Positions 1-13,000 of a stretch of 64,000 nt of DNA are shown piece after piece. The stretch comes from Haliotis rubra. Lineage: Eukaryota. Each line of letters starts with the position of its first letter. The stretch's first letter is position 1. The DNA is taken from NCBI RefSeq assembly GCF_003918875.1, contig NW_025767146.1, forward strand, positions 2,790,001-2,854,000. The letters run 5' to 3'. The notes below the pieces were generated by a model. That model was given only the letters and a program-made list of their open reading frames with translations. It had not been told where the DNA came from and did not search any database. Both the position numbers and the translations under genes were made by a program.

Positions 1-127
1 TTAGGCTTTGATTACTAAATTAGCTGTATACGGTCTTTAGCAAGGATATACCAGCAATATGCTTTGAAATTTGTACAAAATTTCCGTTTATTCACGTTGT
101 TGACATGATGTTTCATCTTGTTTACAT

Positions 128-2298
128 TTGATGAAATCTTGCATTCGTTGCAGGTTTCGTTTATCGGCTGCTGATCCGCATTCATTATGTCCTAACTGCA
201 CTTCTACATGTTCTTCCAGCCTCCGCTGTAAACTTTGTCAGCATTTATCTGAAATTGAATTTACTAATTATTTATATTCGATTCTTAGACGTGCCAAGGA
301 CAGGTCGAGACAACTTTTACAAGTCATGTCTAAACAGAGTGAATGCGATGATAACCGTGTATTATTGCCTGCTGAGATTCACCATTCCAGTGTTTTGCCG
401 GTGGCTTCTACGGAGCTGTTGACTGTGGCAGATGGCAGCTCCGGGTCCAGGAAGAGATTGTCATCGTCTCAACTACCCTCATTGCAGTCTAAGAAGACCA
501 AGTCATCTTCTGCTCTGAAGAAGATGCTCTGTCGACAGATAAGACTTCATCGAAGTCGTCCCTTGGGGCAGCAAAGAAGACGAGGTCCTTCGCCGCAGCT
601 ATCACCCCACCGGACGAAGCAGACGTATACGATGAAACACCCATGCTGATTCCTGCAGTAACAGTTAGGAAGAAGACGAGGTCTTCTTCTACAGTGACGT
701 CAGCAGCCATATCAACGCAGTCAGATGTCTTATCAACGCAGACTTCAGAGACCAGAGATGACAGGCAGTCCTTGGAAGGAGCCTCAGCACTCTCAGATGC
801 GTCGTCATCTTTACAGCAAAAGCAGTTGTCAGCGCAGACCTTAAACCCGGGTATCTTCATGCAGCAGTTTACTCAGCAGATGATGGACCTGATGGAACGG
901 AGGTTCACGCAGGAGAAGGCTGCAGTGAAGACACCATCTACGAAGAACCTGCACGGAGGACAAGCAGCCTGCAGATCGCATCCGAGTGAAGATGGCAGCC
1001 TGCCTGAAGAAGGGAACATTCATGAAGGATCACATACTCGACAGTCATCCACGAATTCTTCCCGAGAACCTGTCAACCCGGACAACGATGAGCCTGCAGT
1101 AGAAGAGGAGCATTCGCGAAGGAGAACCAGACGTTCACCAGAGCATCGCATATCATCCTCGACCTCAGACTCGGACAATCATCACGGACATGCGCGAACG
1201 TACTTCACATCCCACGGAAGAGAATCTTCACCTTCACGAAAGGCGCAGGAATACGTCTGAGACTCCAGGGAGGATCTTTATACGGAGCGATCACCTTCGC
1301 ACAGGTCTTCAGGAAGATCTTCATGTTCATCTCCACGCAGATCTTCGGGCACATATAGGTCGCCACGCAGGTCTCCACACGCATCTCCACGAAGGCATTC
1401 GCGAATGTCTCAACGTAGATCACCATGTAGATCTCCACTCAGGGAGCAAGCACAGTGGCAACGGTCTTCAGAACAAGATGCATCCAAATCTGAAGATGAT
1501 GGTGGAATCATATTCTCTGATACAGAGATCAAGTCTTGGATGGCTAATGGATTGGAGCTTGCATCACCTTCTAAAGAGGATAATGAAGCATTCACGTACA
1601 TGATGTCAAACGACGAATTTGATACGCTCACCCTTCCACCCATAGATCCTGTGTTGAATGTACCAGAAAACCTCAGTACAGCATTCAGGAAGGCAACGAA
1701 GTTCCAGAGTCAAAATATACCACCGTTCAACGCCAAGAAGTTCTCTCTACACCATATGGAACCCTTCATGAAGGCCCCAGAGATAGACGAGAACTACAAA
1801 ATCATCAACGACGCCCGTACCAGCACTTATAAAGTGGACGATAAGAAGCTAGCACAACTAGACACAACTACCAGGCGTACCTTCTTTGGTCTAGCCAGAT
1901 CAAGAGCCATCAATGAAACCCTCATTGTGAAGTTTAGGAACTCCACCTCGGAAGAAGATCGTATGATCTACTCAGCATTGCTGACCCAGAAGAAAGACCA
2001 GCAGTTTATATCGGAGCATCTGGCATCTACATCAGAAGGGTTGACACTACTGAGAAGACAAGGGCTACTATCTTCCTGTAATTGGAGTGAGAAGTTCACC
2101 AAGACTTTGTACAGAGCTCCATTGTCAGCATCAGCTATCTTCGCTGGGGAAATTGAAGACGTGGCCAAAAAAGTTACGAAGGAGTCTAGGGAGGTCATGA
2201 TGATCAAGTCCATCGATACACTGGCCAGTGTTATCCGACTGACATCTCAAGGCTACTCTGGCAAGTCGAAGTTCGCGGGGATACAGAGAGCTAGATAG
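128..2298 (+). pseudogene. DIRS ORF1 gag-like, split over ORFs 128-649, 643-1260 and 1405-2298
   Basis: N-terminal Cys/His cluster CIRC-x9-H-x2-C-x2-C...CKLC typical of DIRS ORF1, Ser/Arg-rich middle, helical C-terminal region, and position directly before RT. Confidence 0.75.
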
Positions 2299-2410
2299 AA
2301 GAAATACGGCACTTCCAGAGGAGGCAAGGATTCTTTTCGTCGCCCAACCGGAGCTCCCAGAGGTAACCCCGGAAGAGGCACCCCCAGCCGTTCCCATACA
2401 ACCTTCGACA

Positions 2411-3660
2411 GTGGGTGGACGTCTACAACGCTACTGGGAGAATTGGGGAATTCTTCAGGACAACTACGTATCCCAGATACTACGCAGAGGATACAAGATA
2501 CAACTACAAGCAGTTCCACCATTGACAAGCACTCCTCGGATGCACAACTATGCTACCGACCAGAGGGAGAAACTACTCGACGCCATCACAACTCTACTCA
2601 AGAAGGAGGCAGTCGAAGAAATAAAACAGGAACTCATCGCGCCTGGTTTTTACTCCCCAATCTTCCTGGTACCAAAGAAAAATTCCAAGGAAAAGTTCCA
2701 ACTAATCTACAATATGAGGAAATCAACCAGGATTATCTACGCAGACCCGCGTAGTTCAGGATAATACAACTTCCTCAACTACGACAAGTCGTCCGTCCGT
2801 TAGACTACCTCGCCAACATAGATCTACAGGATGCGTATCTTCACATCCCAATACACCCGGACTCAAGGAGATACCTTCGATTCTTCTTCAACGGACGTCA
2901 TTACCAATGGAAGGTGCTACCTTTTGGAATATCGTTGCCCCCCTGGTTGTTTACTCGAGTGACAAAGCCCATCATCACTTGTAAATCTCCTCAAATCGGA
3001 ACTAGAACCTACACAGGATCTTCAATTCTTAGGAATACGACTCATCACATCAGCGAATCGCATAGTCGTTCCAGAGGAACGTTGGGTCAAGATACAACAG
3101 ATGATATCTCAAGCACTACTCTCTCCGTTACGACTACGAAGTTGGCAGAGCCTACTCGGTCTCCTCACGTCAGCACAAGAGATGACACGCAGAGGAAGAC
3201 TACAACTGCGCCCACTACAAGTGTTTGTGAACGCTCATCTAGACAGTCTGGATTCCTTCGAACTACCGGACGGACTGGAACCATACCTACTATGGTGGAT
3301 TCGGAAGTCGAATGTTTGCGGAGGAACCTACTTATCAGAGCCAGAGTCCAACACTCATCTCTATGCAGATGCATCTCTTCACCTCAACAACGAAGTGGCA
3401 GCGGGAAAATGGTCGAGTCAGGAACAAAATCTGCACATCAAATTGCTCGAAATGAAAGCAGTAATAAACGCCTTACTACACTGGTCCAGCATACTAAGGA
3501 ACGCACAGCTGATGATCCATACGGACAACTCCACAGTGGCGTTCTACATCAACAAACAAGGATCAACAAGGTCAAGAAATCTGATAGACCTCAGCTTTCA
3601 GCTATTCAGCATATAATAGACAACCTGAACATCGACATAAAAGCATGCCACATTCCCTAA
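2411..3660 (+). pseudogene. DIRS reverse transcriptase / RNase H, disrupted
   Basis: Motifs GGRL..W, GFYSPIFLVPKK, DLQDAYLHIPIH, LPFG, FLG, ADAS, HIKLLEMKAV, TDNSTVAFYINKQG. The YLDD segment is missing (junction ~2978-2982) and there are in-frame stops. Confidence 0.9.
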
Positions 3661-3669
3661 GCCAAAAAT

Positions 3670-4146
3670 GTGATAGCAGACGCCCTATCTCGTCCAATGC
3701 AACCATCCCCGACGGAGTGGATGTTACATCCAGAGGCGTTCAGATGCATTATTCAGACGATAGGATCTCCACTGATAGACCTGTTTGCGACAAAGTTCAA
3801 CAAACAACTACCAACATTCGTCTCTCTGATTCCAGATCCACAAGCATGGGCAACAGATGCTTTAAGCATATCTTGGGAAGGACTAAACGCTTACGCCTTC
3901 CCTCCTCCAGCTCTAAAACCGAAGGTGTTGCAGAAAATCAAGCAGACGAAGAAGCTGCAACTGATTTTGGTCGCGCCCTACTGGCCAGCGAAAGTGTGGT
4001 TTCCCATTCTCATACAAGAACTCGGAAATCCAACCCTGCAACTCCCAGAGTGGCCGAACCTACTAGTTCATCCGCACACCAAGCAAGCACACGGAAATCC
4101 AACAGTATTTCAGCTACACGCATGGAACGTATCACGACTTACTTGA
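3670..4146 (+). CDS. DIRS Dam-like DNA N6-adenine methyltransferase domain (C-terminal part of pol)
   Basis: ADALSR, then DLFAT, DAL..SW, YAFPP and LVAPYWP..WFP motifs characteristic of the DIRS1 MT domain. Confidence 0.85.
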   Translation: MIADALSRPMQPSPTEWMLHPEAFRCIIQTIGSPLIDLFATKFNKQLPTFVSLIPDPQAWATDALSISWEGLNAYAFPPPALKPKVLQKIKQTKKLQLILVAPYWPAKVWFPILIQELGNPTLQLPEWPNLLVHPHTKQAHGNPTVFQLHAWNVSRLT

Positions 4147-5187
4147 AGAAAAGAGGATATTCCACCAGAGCAGCAAAAGCAGTCACATTAGCTCTACGTA
4201 GATCAACCCGCAACTTGTACGACGACAAGTGGCAGAGTTTTGAGAAATATGCATTGAGGAAGGGTTTCACGGCGATGAAAGCAACACATCCTCAAGTGGC
4301 GGAATTCCTTTGTCATCTAAGACAAACAAGGCGGCTCAACACTCTCTACATACCTAGCGTCCCTCAGCACAGTTATCACCATGAAGACGGGTGTGAAGCT
4401 GACCAAAGTACCAGAGATACTGGCATTACTACGCTCCCTTAAGTTGGAAGACCAACAAAAGAAGTTTTAGGGGCCTGCTTGGGATCTCAACGTGGTCTTG
4501 CAGCATCTCACCAGTGACGCTTACGAACCACTAGAAAGGACATCCTATGAGAGGTTAACTCATAAAACTCTGTTCCTGATCGCCTTGGCAACAGCAGCAC
4601 AGATGTCAGAAATACATGCTCTGGACTTTGAACGAACACGATTTGACGCACATCGTGACACTGTACATCTGGGATTGAGATGGGACTTCATAGCAAAGAA
4701 CCAACTGCCCTGTCAAACAGACAGACAGTTCCATATCCCAGCACTCTCGTCAATCCTAGGGCCACAGGATACTCAAGATTTATCCCTATGCCCAGTCAGA
4801 GCATTGAAAGTCTACCTACAAAGGTCGAAAACGAGGAGACGAAAATTCAAGCGCCTTTTCATCCCTCTATCTATGGAGACGCCTACAGAGGTCTCATGTA
4901 CAACAATATCAATATGGATGAGAGCTGTCATATTGAGAGCCTACAAAGCAGCAGGACTTGAGCCTCCACGAGCCTCCAATCCTCATGAAGTCAGAGCACT
5001 GGCGTCGACACTCGCTCTGCATGGGAACTGCTCCATCTCAACAATAATGGAGGGCTGCTTTTGGAAATCGGAGACGGTGTTTGCCAACCACTACCTCAGA
5101 GACATGGCTACCGAGGACGTCTCCGTCATTCACCAGTTTGGGCCTCTTGTTGTAGCACAACAATTGATGGTTCCTCAAAGACGCTGA
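4100..5187 (+). pseudogene. DIRS tyrosine recombinase, frameshifted near 4340-4490
   Basis: RRSTRNLYDDKW (N-domain), WDLNVVL, KTLFLIALAT, LCPVRAL, HEVR (HxxR), W..ETVFANHY (catalytic Tyr). The catalytic Arg position reads Gln (AAQMSE). Confidence 0.9.
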
Positions 5188-5569
5188 GATGAATCTCACC
5201 CTATTTATCACATGACTTGTAAAAACCAACACTCGAAAGAGTTAGAGCTTTAGAGTCCATGCGCACGTCTAGGACAGGCTAGTATGAGTGACAGACCCTG
5301 TACTTGTAAGGCCTTACTTGTACATGAAGAAGGGTCACTTCTCCACTTGCTGCGAGCATCAAGATATGGAGTTGCATAAATCCACACATAATGTCAGGAG
5401 AAGACAATTCCAGAGAAATCTGACAAGTTGTGGTCCCCCCAGACTCATCAGAGGAAGCTGGAAGAAAGGACACAGTGCCATTAGAAGTTCCCTAGGGAGG
5501 TATGCAGGACGTAAATCAGCAGTTATGAATCCAGAGTGGCTTGACTCACCATCGGTTCCGTCGGATTCT

Positions 5570-5654
5570 ACAAGCAATTAAGCATGAGTCAGGATAAGGA
5601 AAAATATGTAATTTTCTGATTAGATTTGATATTTTATACTTATCCTGACTCATG
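5570..5654. repeat. DIRS internal complementary region (ICR)
   Basis: 5570-5598 is a direct copy of 5950-5978. 5604-5654 is the near-perfect reverse complement of 5963-6013. Confidence 0.9.
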
Positions 5655-6013
5655 AGGTCAGCCCTCCCAACCTCCCCTCATGTCTGTGCTATGAGCATGC
5701 TGTCGGTGTGGATTTAGCGCAATGCAAATGGACTAATTATTATTATTATTATTATGGCACTCTGGATTTCCCTGTAGATCCGGGTGTCGGGCTCATATTC
5801 GGAGAGAGTGAAGAGCATGTCTGATCATGTGACGGGTTTTGGCGGCAAAGGGAGGCTACTCGTGGGGTGAGTGATTTTACGTCCGCTTTTTTTAAGGGAG
5901 CTTCAAAAGGGGATTCAAGTGTTCCACTATAGTTCGTAAGAGGAAGGAGACAAGCAATTAAGCATGAGTCAGGATAAGTATAAAATATCAATTTTAATCA
6001 GAAAATTACATAT

Positions 6014-6524
6014 ATCACACCACACTTCTCTAAAAATATATAATGCATATCTCCCAATAATACTAACTATCAGCCCTCAGCGAAGCTACCATATGATTTA
6101 TTCTCCCCAAAATGACATATTTAGTTTACAATATTTAATCAAAAAGTTCGAATTAATTAATGCACCGTTGCATCATTTCGACTCTTTTGCCCTCTACCGA
6201 CCAGACATTATTTCAAGCGAACCCCATAGAGTTAGGTCCCTTGGACAACTCTTTACAAATATCCTATGCACAACTTGTGATTGAAACCACTGCGTGCGAC
6301 AGTTTTTGATGTATGGAGCAATTGTTTACATTCCATATATGGCAAGTGTTCTCTGTTTGGAAGCTGTTCGTCTCGAAGTTACAATTATCAATTTAAAGCG
6401 AGTCGTAAGGGATAGAAGTCTTTTATTGCATCAATAGGAAGCTAAAATGAGTGCATATGCCCCAATATATATAATATATGCCCAAAAAATTTATTCTCGA
6501 AAATGTTTGGCATTGTGCCTTTAA
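6014..6524. mobile_element. Possible right part of a Kolobok-like non-autonomous element interrupted by the DIRS
   Basis: Ends in ggcattgtgcctttaa, a CCT-TTAA terminus. The partner end is not in the window. Confidence 0.3.
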
Positions 6525-8835
6525 CATACAAGAATAATGTTACTTCTTTATGCTTATCACATGATTTATTCTGAACAATTGTCAGAATACACAAAACTTA
6601 AACCTCACACAATTTAGAATGATCAGGTAAGGTGCTGACAGCAGGATATTGAGACTAGGATTGGTTGGGCAAGCTTTCAAAATGAAAAACATAGATATTA
6701 ACATACAAAAATAATCATACTATGTTGTACATTTTAAAAACCTGCCCTACCTTTCCTCTCAGACAGAACATGGCTTTTTAATTTTTTTTAAGCTGAAAAG
6801 TTAATTGAAACTTGCCCTGGGTACTGAAATTTCTATGACAAAGCACGGTTGTAGATCTGAGCAACCATGGATTTGACTATTACATGTTTCAATATGTACA
6901 CATTTAGTGATGACATCAGTCAGTGTCATCCAGAAGACTAGTCACCACATCGTAGCATTAGTAAGACGTATTGGTGGCGGAGTTGTCTAAGGCGCCACAA
7001 TTCATGGTGCAGAGTCATGTCTCTTAACACCAGCAACCTGTGCTGGGTTTGAATCCCAGTTTGTTGTCCTCAGTTTGTTTGTTTCTAGTGTGTCAGCACC
7101 ATACCTGTGGTCTTAGGTTTCTTGAAAGTCAGATCACTTAAGGCTTTCCTCCCTCATCAAGCTGACATGCCATGCTATAACTGGAATAATGTTCAAAGCC
7201 AACTTATCCACTTTGTGAATGTTCCACTGAGTGAGTTAATCACGCTTCTGTTGCTGCAGGTAAATATAACATGGGCATCATCACCATGGTTATTATATTG
7301 TTCTGATCCTGAAAGGCCAACTTTTGCTTTTGCTTTTGAAAATGGCAATGCATGGTGCACTTTTCCTTTGCTGATGGAGGTTAATGCCTGAAGGATTTCC
7401 TTAGAACTGGATCTGATGAAGAAAATGTCCCAAGGCAACAGAATTTGTCTTAAGCTGTGAAGCTTGAAGAGGCTGATGCTATTGATTGATAATCCATCAG
7501 CTGACAGTAAGACATGGCAACTGAAGACCTTACAGACATGTTCAGTTTGTTCCTCCCGACATGATGGAATGTGGTTTACTTGGCTGATGAAGGGATCATG
7601 GTTTTGGTGATCTCTATAGATGAGACTGTGATGTCACATGAAAAACCAATATTATTGATATTCAGTTGTATTCATGAAATAACAAAGCATTTATTGATAT
7701 CCAAATGATTTCTGTATAAAAACAGATCATCATCAAACCCAGTTTGTTTCCTACAATAATATTATTTCTTAACCATAATGTTAAGAGTGAAATGTCAACT
7801 GATATTGTTCATATAACCTGTATGTCCCATTTTGATCTGTGTTAGTTCTTCAATTCATGTTAAATGCCAAAGTCAGGCATTTAAATTGAAATTTCTCAGC
7901 TATGACCTGAAGTGAATGAATTTTGTGAACAAGTTAGCTTTTAGTATATGGTGGTTTATTGTTTAAGATGCCCTGCTGTAGTAGTAGGCATGCATTTACC
8001 CCAAAGAGGAAGTGACATCATGTGAACGGATGTTTAAGTTAGACTGGGGCTGGGACTTCCTGTTTCGATGTAAGCATGTGATTTCCCAAACCAGAAGAGA
8101 TATGAGAAGACAGGTAGTGGGTATTACTTCCTGATTAAGTGAGGTAGATGAATGGTGGTATGTTGTAAGTGTTTGGCCATTGTGAATAACTTGTCAACTC
8201 CATTTTTTTATTTTTGGTCATTTAGATATATTACAGTAAATTATGGTTACAAGAAACACAAACTGGCCTGTGATGTTAGCACATCATAACCATAGTTCAT
8301 TGTATGCAATTGGACTTAAACATACAGCGAGACCAAAAACAACCGTTTGTCGATTTGTTTAAAGCATGTTCTTTATAAATGTAGGTTACTGTACTTCTGA
8401 ATTACAAGAGATTGTAACAGCACTTTTCAATGAAACATACCCACTATATCACAATAATTAAGTCATATTAATTGTTTAGATTAACATTTGTAGATTACTA
8501 GATTTTTTGCCATACTAAAAGTGTTGTTGTTGAAGTGCAAATGTAACTCCTTCAGATCTTTTGAATTGTTTTACATTGTCATCTTCATCGACTGATTTGT
8601 GACAGGAAAATATTACAAATATTACAGTTCCTTCATGGATGTGGAACATTTTATTTTACACCAGACTATGGGGAGGAGAATCCCCTCATACTCCTGTACA
8701 GAAAAGGCTGTTAAACTTTGTATGCTACCATATGAATAGATGTTCTTTTTAACAAAAAGAATGTTTAATTATCATTCATATTGAGTTGTAAACAGGTCCT
8801 GTTGTTAATGATTGTAATGTACTTGTTTCAGGGGG

Positions 8836-10075
8836 ATGAGTTATAAACGTGAGGGACACAAGCCCCCTCGCCCTCCTCCCCCCAAAGCCAGCCTGGGCTC
8901 CAAGCTGACTTCAGGGGCAATAGGCATCAGCTTCAAGGCGCTGGAGGAGGAAGATGATGAGGATCTCACTAGCTTCACGGGAAAGTTTGATAAGGTTGTA
9001 GAGGAGGCTCACAAGTCCCAGCGCTCTAGTCATGAAAGAAGAGGGTCATCAGGGGAACCAAAGCCCATCAGGATAGGATCAACCTCCATTCAAGATGCAA
9101 AACTCACTAAACTTCACTCACACTCAAAATCCTTAGATGATGGTAACTCATCTCCTACCAAGAAGAGCTTTTTTGAATATAAAGATATCATTTCAGATAT
9201 TAAACATAAGATAACTGACACCAAAGAAAAGATAACTGATTCAATAAGCAAAAGAATAGAAGAATTTTCCGGGGACTCAAGTTCCAATCCCAGCCCTGAA
9301 AATGAGCAGCCTTTTGATGATGACATGTTGGTTACAGAGAGAGAGAACATTTTGACTGACATAAGGCCAGAAAGGGCACCTGTCGTTCAAGATGCTTTGC
9401 CCAGTTCAGTGAAAGATGACTTAGTTGACCATTTCCAGGAATGTGAGGAAGACACAAGTAGTTGGAGGAAGGAGGACGAAGAAGAGGATGACATAGATGT
9501 TGTTGATGAGTACTTTGGTATGAACTCAATGGAGGAATTTAGTTCCAACCCTGGATTGAATGTGTCTGTGAGGCAGAGATCAAAACTAAAACGTTTAGTC
9601 AATAAAAACTCTAAACCTGTAACGTCAGCAACTGTCTCTATGTCAACTCTAATGGACACCAGTCCAGCGGAGGAAGAACCACAGTTTAATCTAGAAGTAC
9701 GAGATGAAAATAACGAACCTGTGGTTGAGAAAACTGAGCCAGCACCAAAACCAGACCTGGAGATAGCAAGTAACCATGACAAGAAAATGCCAACCACATT
9801 GGAGGTGGTGAGGCCAACAGAGAAGACCGTCCCCATACAGAAGCTGGTAGCAGTAGCTGTGTGTGTGTTTGCTTATCTCATCATGCCCGCTCCCCTCCTA
9901 TGTGTCGGGGCTGATGATGGGTGTCATGCTGGCGTCCGCTGGATGGGCCTTGTATCTCTGGTACAAACAACCACCAAAACAACATGATGATTTCAAACTC
10001 ACCCCACTTGAAGATTTACCTCCCATGTATATTCCTCAGATGAGGGATCCAGTCAAAGATGATGGTATTTATAAG
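8836..10075 (+). CDS. TEX2: TEX2 first coding exon (disordered N-terminus plus transmembrane hairpin)
   Basis: Acceptor tttcag at 8831, ATG at 8836, donor gtaag at 10076. Removing one C at 9886-9888 gives AYLIMPLPSYVSGLMMG. Confidence 0.88.
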
Positions 10076-13000
10076 GTAAGATGTCATGTGGCAATGGCTG
10101 CAAATTGAAATGTTACAGGTCGTGAGTTCTTTCATTCATCTTCTTCTTTACGTTTTGTAGTGTTTGTAATGAAGTATTATAGTCAGGTGGCCCTTGTCAG
10201 AAGTGGATTGTGTAATGTCCATTGATTCATATGGGACAGGAGTATATACACCAAAGAAGCCCTTTGAACAGTCAGCTCTTCACATATGCACAGTCAGCTC
10301 TTCACATATACACAGTCAGCTCTTCACATATACACAGTCAGCTCTTCACATATACTCAGCTCTTCACATAAAAATTGTTAGCCCTTCACATATACATAGC
10401 TCTTTTCACATATACATATTCATCTATACACATTCAGTTCACATATACACATTCAGCTCTTCACATATACACAGTCAGCTCTTCACATATACACATTCAC
10501 ATATCTTCTTCACATATACACATTCAGCTCTCAGCTCTTCACACACATATACACATTCAGCTCTTCACATATACACATTCAGCTCTTCACATCAGCTCTT
10601 CACATATACACATTCAGCTCTTCACATATACACATTCAGCTCTTCACATATACACATTCAGCTCTTCACATATACACATTCAGCTCTTCACATATACACA
10701 TTCAGCTCTTCACATATACACATTCAGCTCTTCACATATACACATTCAGCTCTTCACACATATACATATTCAGCTCTTCACATATACATATTCAGCTCTT
10801 CACATATACACATTCAGCTCTTCACATATACACATTCAGCTCTTCACATATACACATTCAGCTCTTCACATATACACATTCAGCTCTTCACATATACATA
10901 TTCAGCTCTTCACATATACACATTCAGCTCTTCACATATACATATTCAGCTCATACAGTCAGCTCTTCACACACATTCAGCTCTTCACATATACACATTC
11001 AGCTCTTCACATATACACATTCAGTCAGCTCTTCACATATACACAGTCAGCTCTTCTCTTCACACAATACATTCATTCAGCTCACATTCACACTATACAC
11101 TCAGCTCTTATACACAGTCAGATCTTCACATATACACATTCAGCTCTTCTAATATACATATTCAGCTCTTCACATATACACAGTAAGCTCTTCACATCTA
11201 CAGTCATCTCTCCACAAATACACATTCAGCTCTTCACATATACACTCAGCTCTTTACATATACAGTCAGAACTTCATATATACACATTCAGCTCTTCACA
11301 TATACACAGTCAGCTCTTCACATATACACAGTCAGCTCTTCTCATATACATATTCAGCTCTTCACATATGCACATTCAGCTCTTCACATATACACAATCA
11401 GCTCCTCACTCAACCAGACAGGATTCACACTTTTACATATTGGCCTCATCAGGATAGTGGGAATGTCACGATATGCCAAATCAGTGCACATGAATATACA
11501 TGTGTATCCGTCATATAGCAATACATGTTGAGATACAGAATTTACTCTGTTTGAAATTCAACATTTCCGACGTGTCCCTGCGAGTAGGTGGTTTTGACGT
11601 TACCTATTATGCGTTTATATTTTGCATTTTGTTTTGAAAGCGTTGGTGCCGATTTAATTATTTGATTGAAAGTCTAGACTATGTCAGTCAAAGAGATCTG
11701 TCTTATGTAACTGTCAATCTTTGGAGATATGAACCTGAAAACAGTTGTCATGATAGTCTCTCAAATGTGTTCAATCTCATATGACTAATAACTCTTGTCT
11801 ATTTGATCCAGGGCTGGATGAATGAACTGTTGGAATACAACTCAGATGACTACCATATCAATCAGACACACTCGGTCTACATCAGTCTGGAAGGTGCACA
11901 TCTGAGACTACAGCGACCAAAGATAGGGGTGCCAAAACGTGCCATGTGGGACGAGGCATTCACACCGTCATCGTTCATACACCAGCGCCATTTCGACCTT
12001 CAGGGGAGTCGTGTGTTCCTGCTCCCCCCAGGCCTAGTGAAGAAGAGGATATGGAGCAAGAAGTACCCAATCTGTGTGGCCCTGGCTCAGACTGGTACCA
12101 AGACAACCAGTATGCCCTCTGCAGTGTCCGGATCTCCCAAACACACAACCACACCCATCAGTGATGGAGAGTTAGGATTTGAAATCATTGACGAGGAGAA
12201 ATGTGACAGTGGTATTCTCTATCTGTTTGCTCGCACAGGGAGAGAAAAGGAAGACTGGTATAAACGTTTCGTGTGCATCTATGGGTAACCCTTTAGGCAA
12301 TCACTTGCTAGATCTCAAAAAGGCAATTTCAAGTCAGTCTAAACATAAACGGAGCAATTCGGACACTTCTTTGAGACACAAACGACAAGGTTCTACAGAT
12401 TCTGTTTCGTCCACATCTTCACTAGCGGAGACACCAGTACCACCATCCCCAAAAGAAAACCAGTCTGTGTTAGATGTGGATCTCCTGGCGTTCGCACAGT
12501 ACATGGGACGCCTGATGCCCTCCGCCTCTGGTGTCTCCAGCCCAGGGAAGGAGAACAATACTTGGAGCACGATCAGTGGATCCCTCATCTGTGATAAACA
12601 ACTGTTCTGGGTAAATGCAATGGTTGGTCGCATCTTCTGGGACTTCCTTCGTGACAAATGGTGGTCAGAGAAGGTGACTGAGAAGTTGCAGAGGAAACTC
12701 AGTAAGATTCATGTAAGTAGTGTCTGCCCGTTGACCGGTTGGTCCTGAGTAAGATACATGTAAGTAGTGTCTGCCCGTTGACTGGTTGGACCTGAGTAAG
12801 ATTCATGTAGGCAGTGTCTGCCCATTGACTGGTTGGACCTGAGTAAGATTCATGTAGGCAGTGTCTGCCCATATTTCGATAGGACCTGAATAAGATACAT
12901 GTAGGCAGTGTCTGCCCATTGACTGGTTGGACCTGAGTAAGATACATGTAGGCAGTGTCTGCCCATATTTCGATAGGACCTGAATAAGATACAAAAAATG

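Larger units (their letters stand above)
1..6013 (+). mobile_element. DIRS1-like tyrosine-recombinase retrotransposon, decayed; left end lies upstream of the window
   Basis: Order is gag-like, RT/RNase H, Dam-like MT, YR, then an internal complementary region (5570-5654) matching the right terminus (5950-6013). Multiple stops, frameshifts and deletions. Confidence 0.95.
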
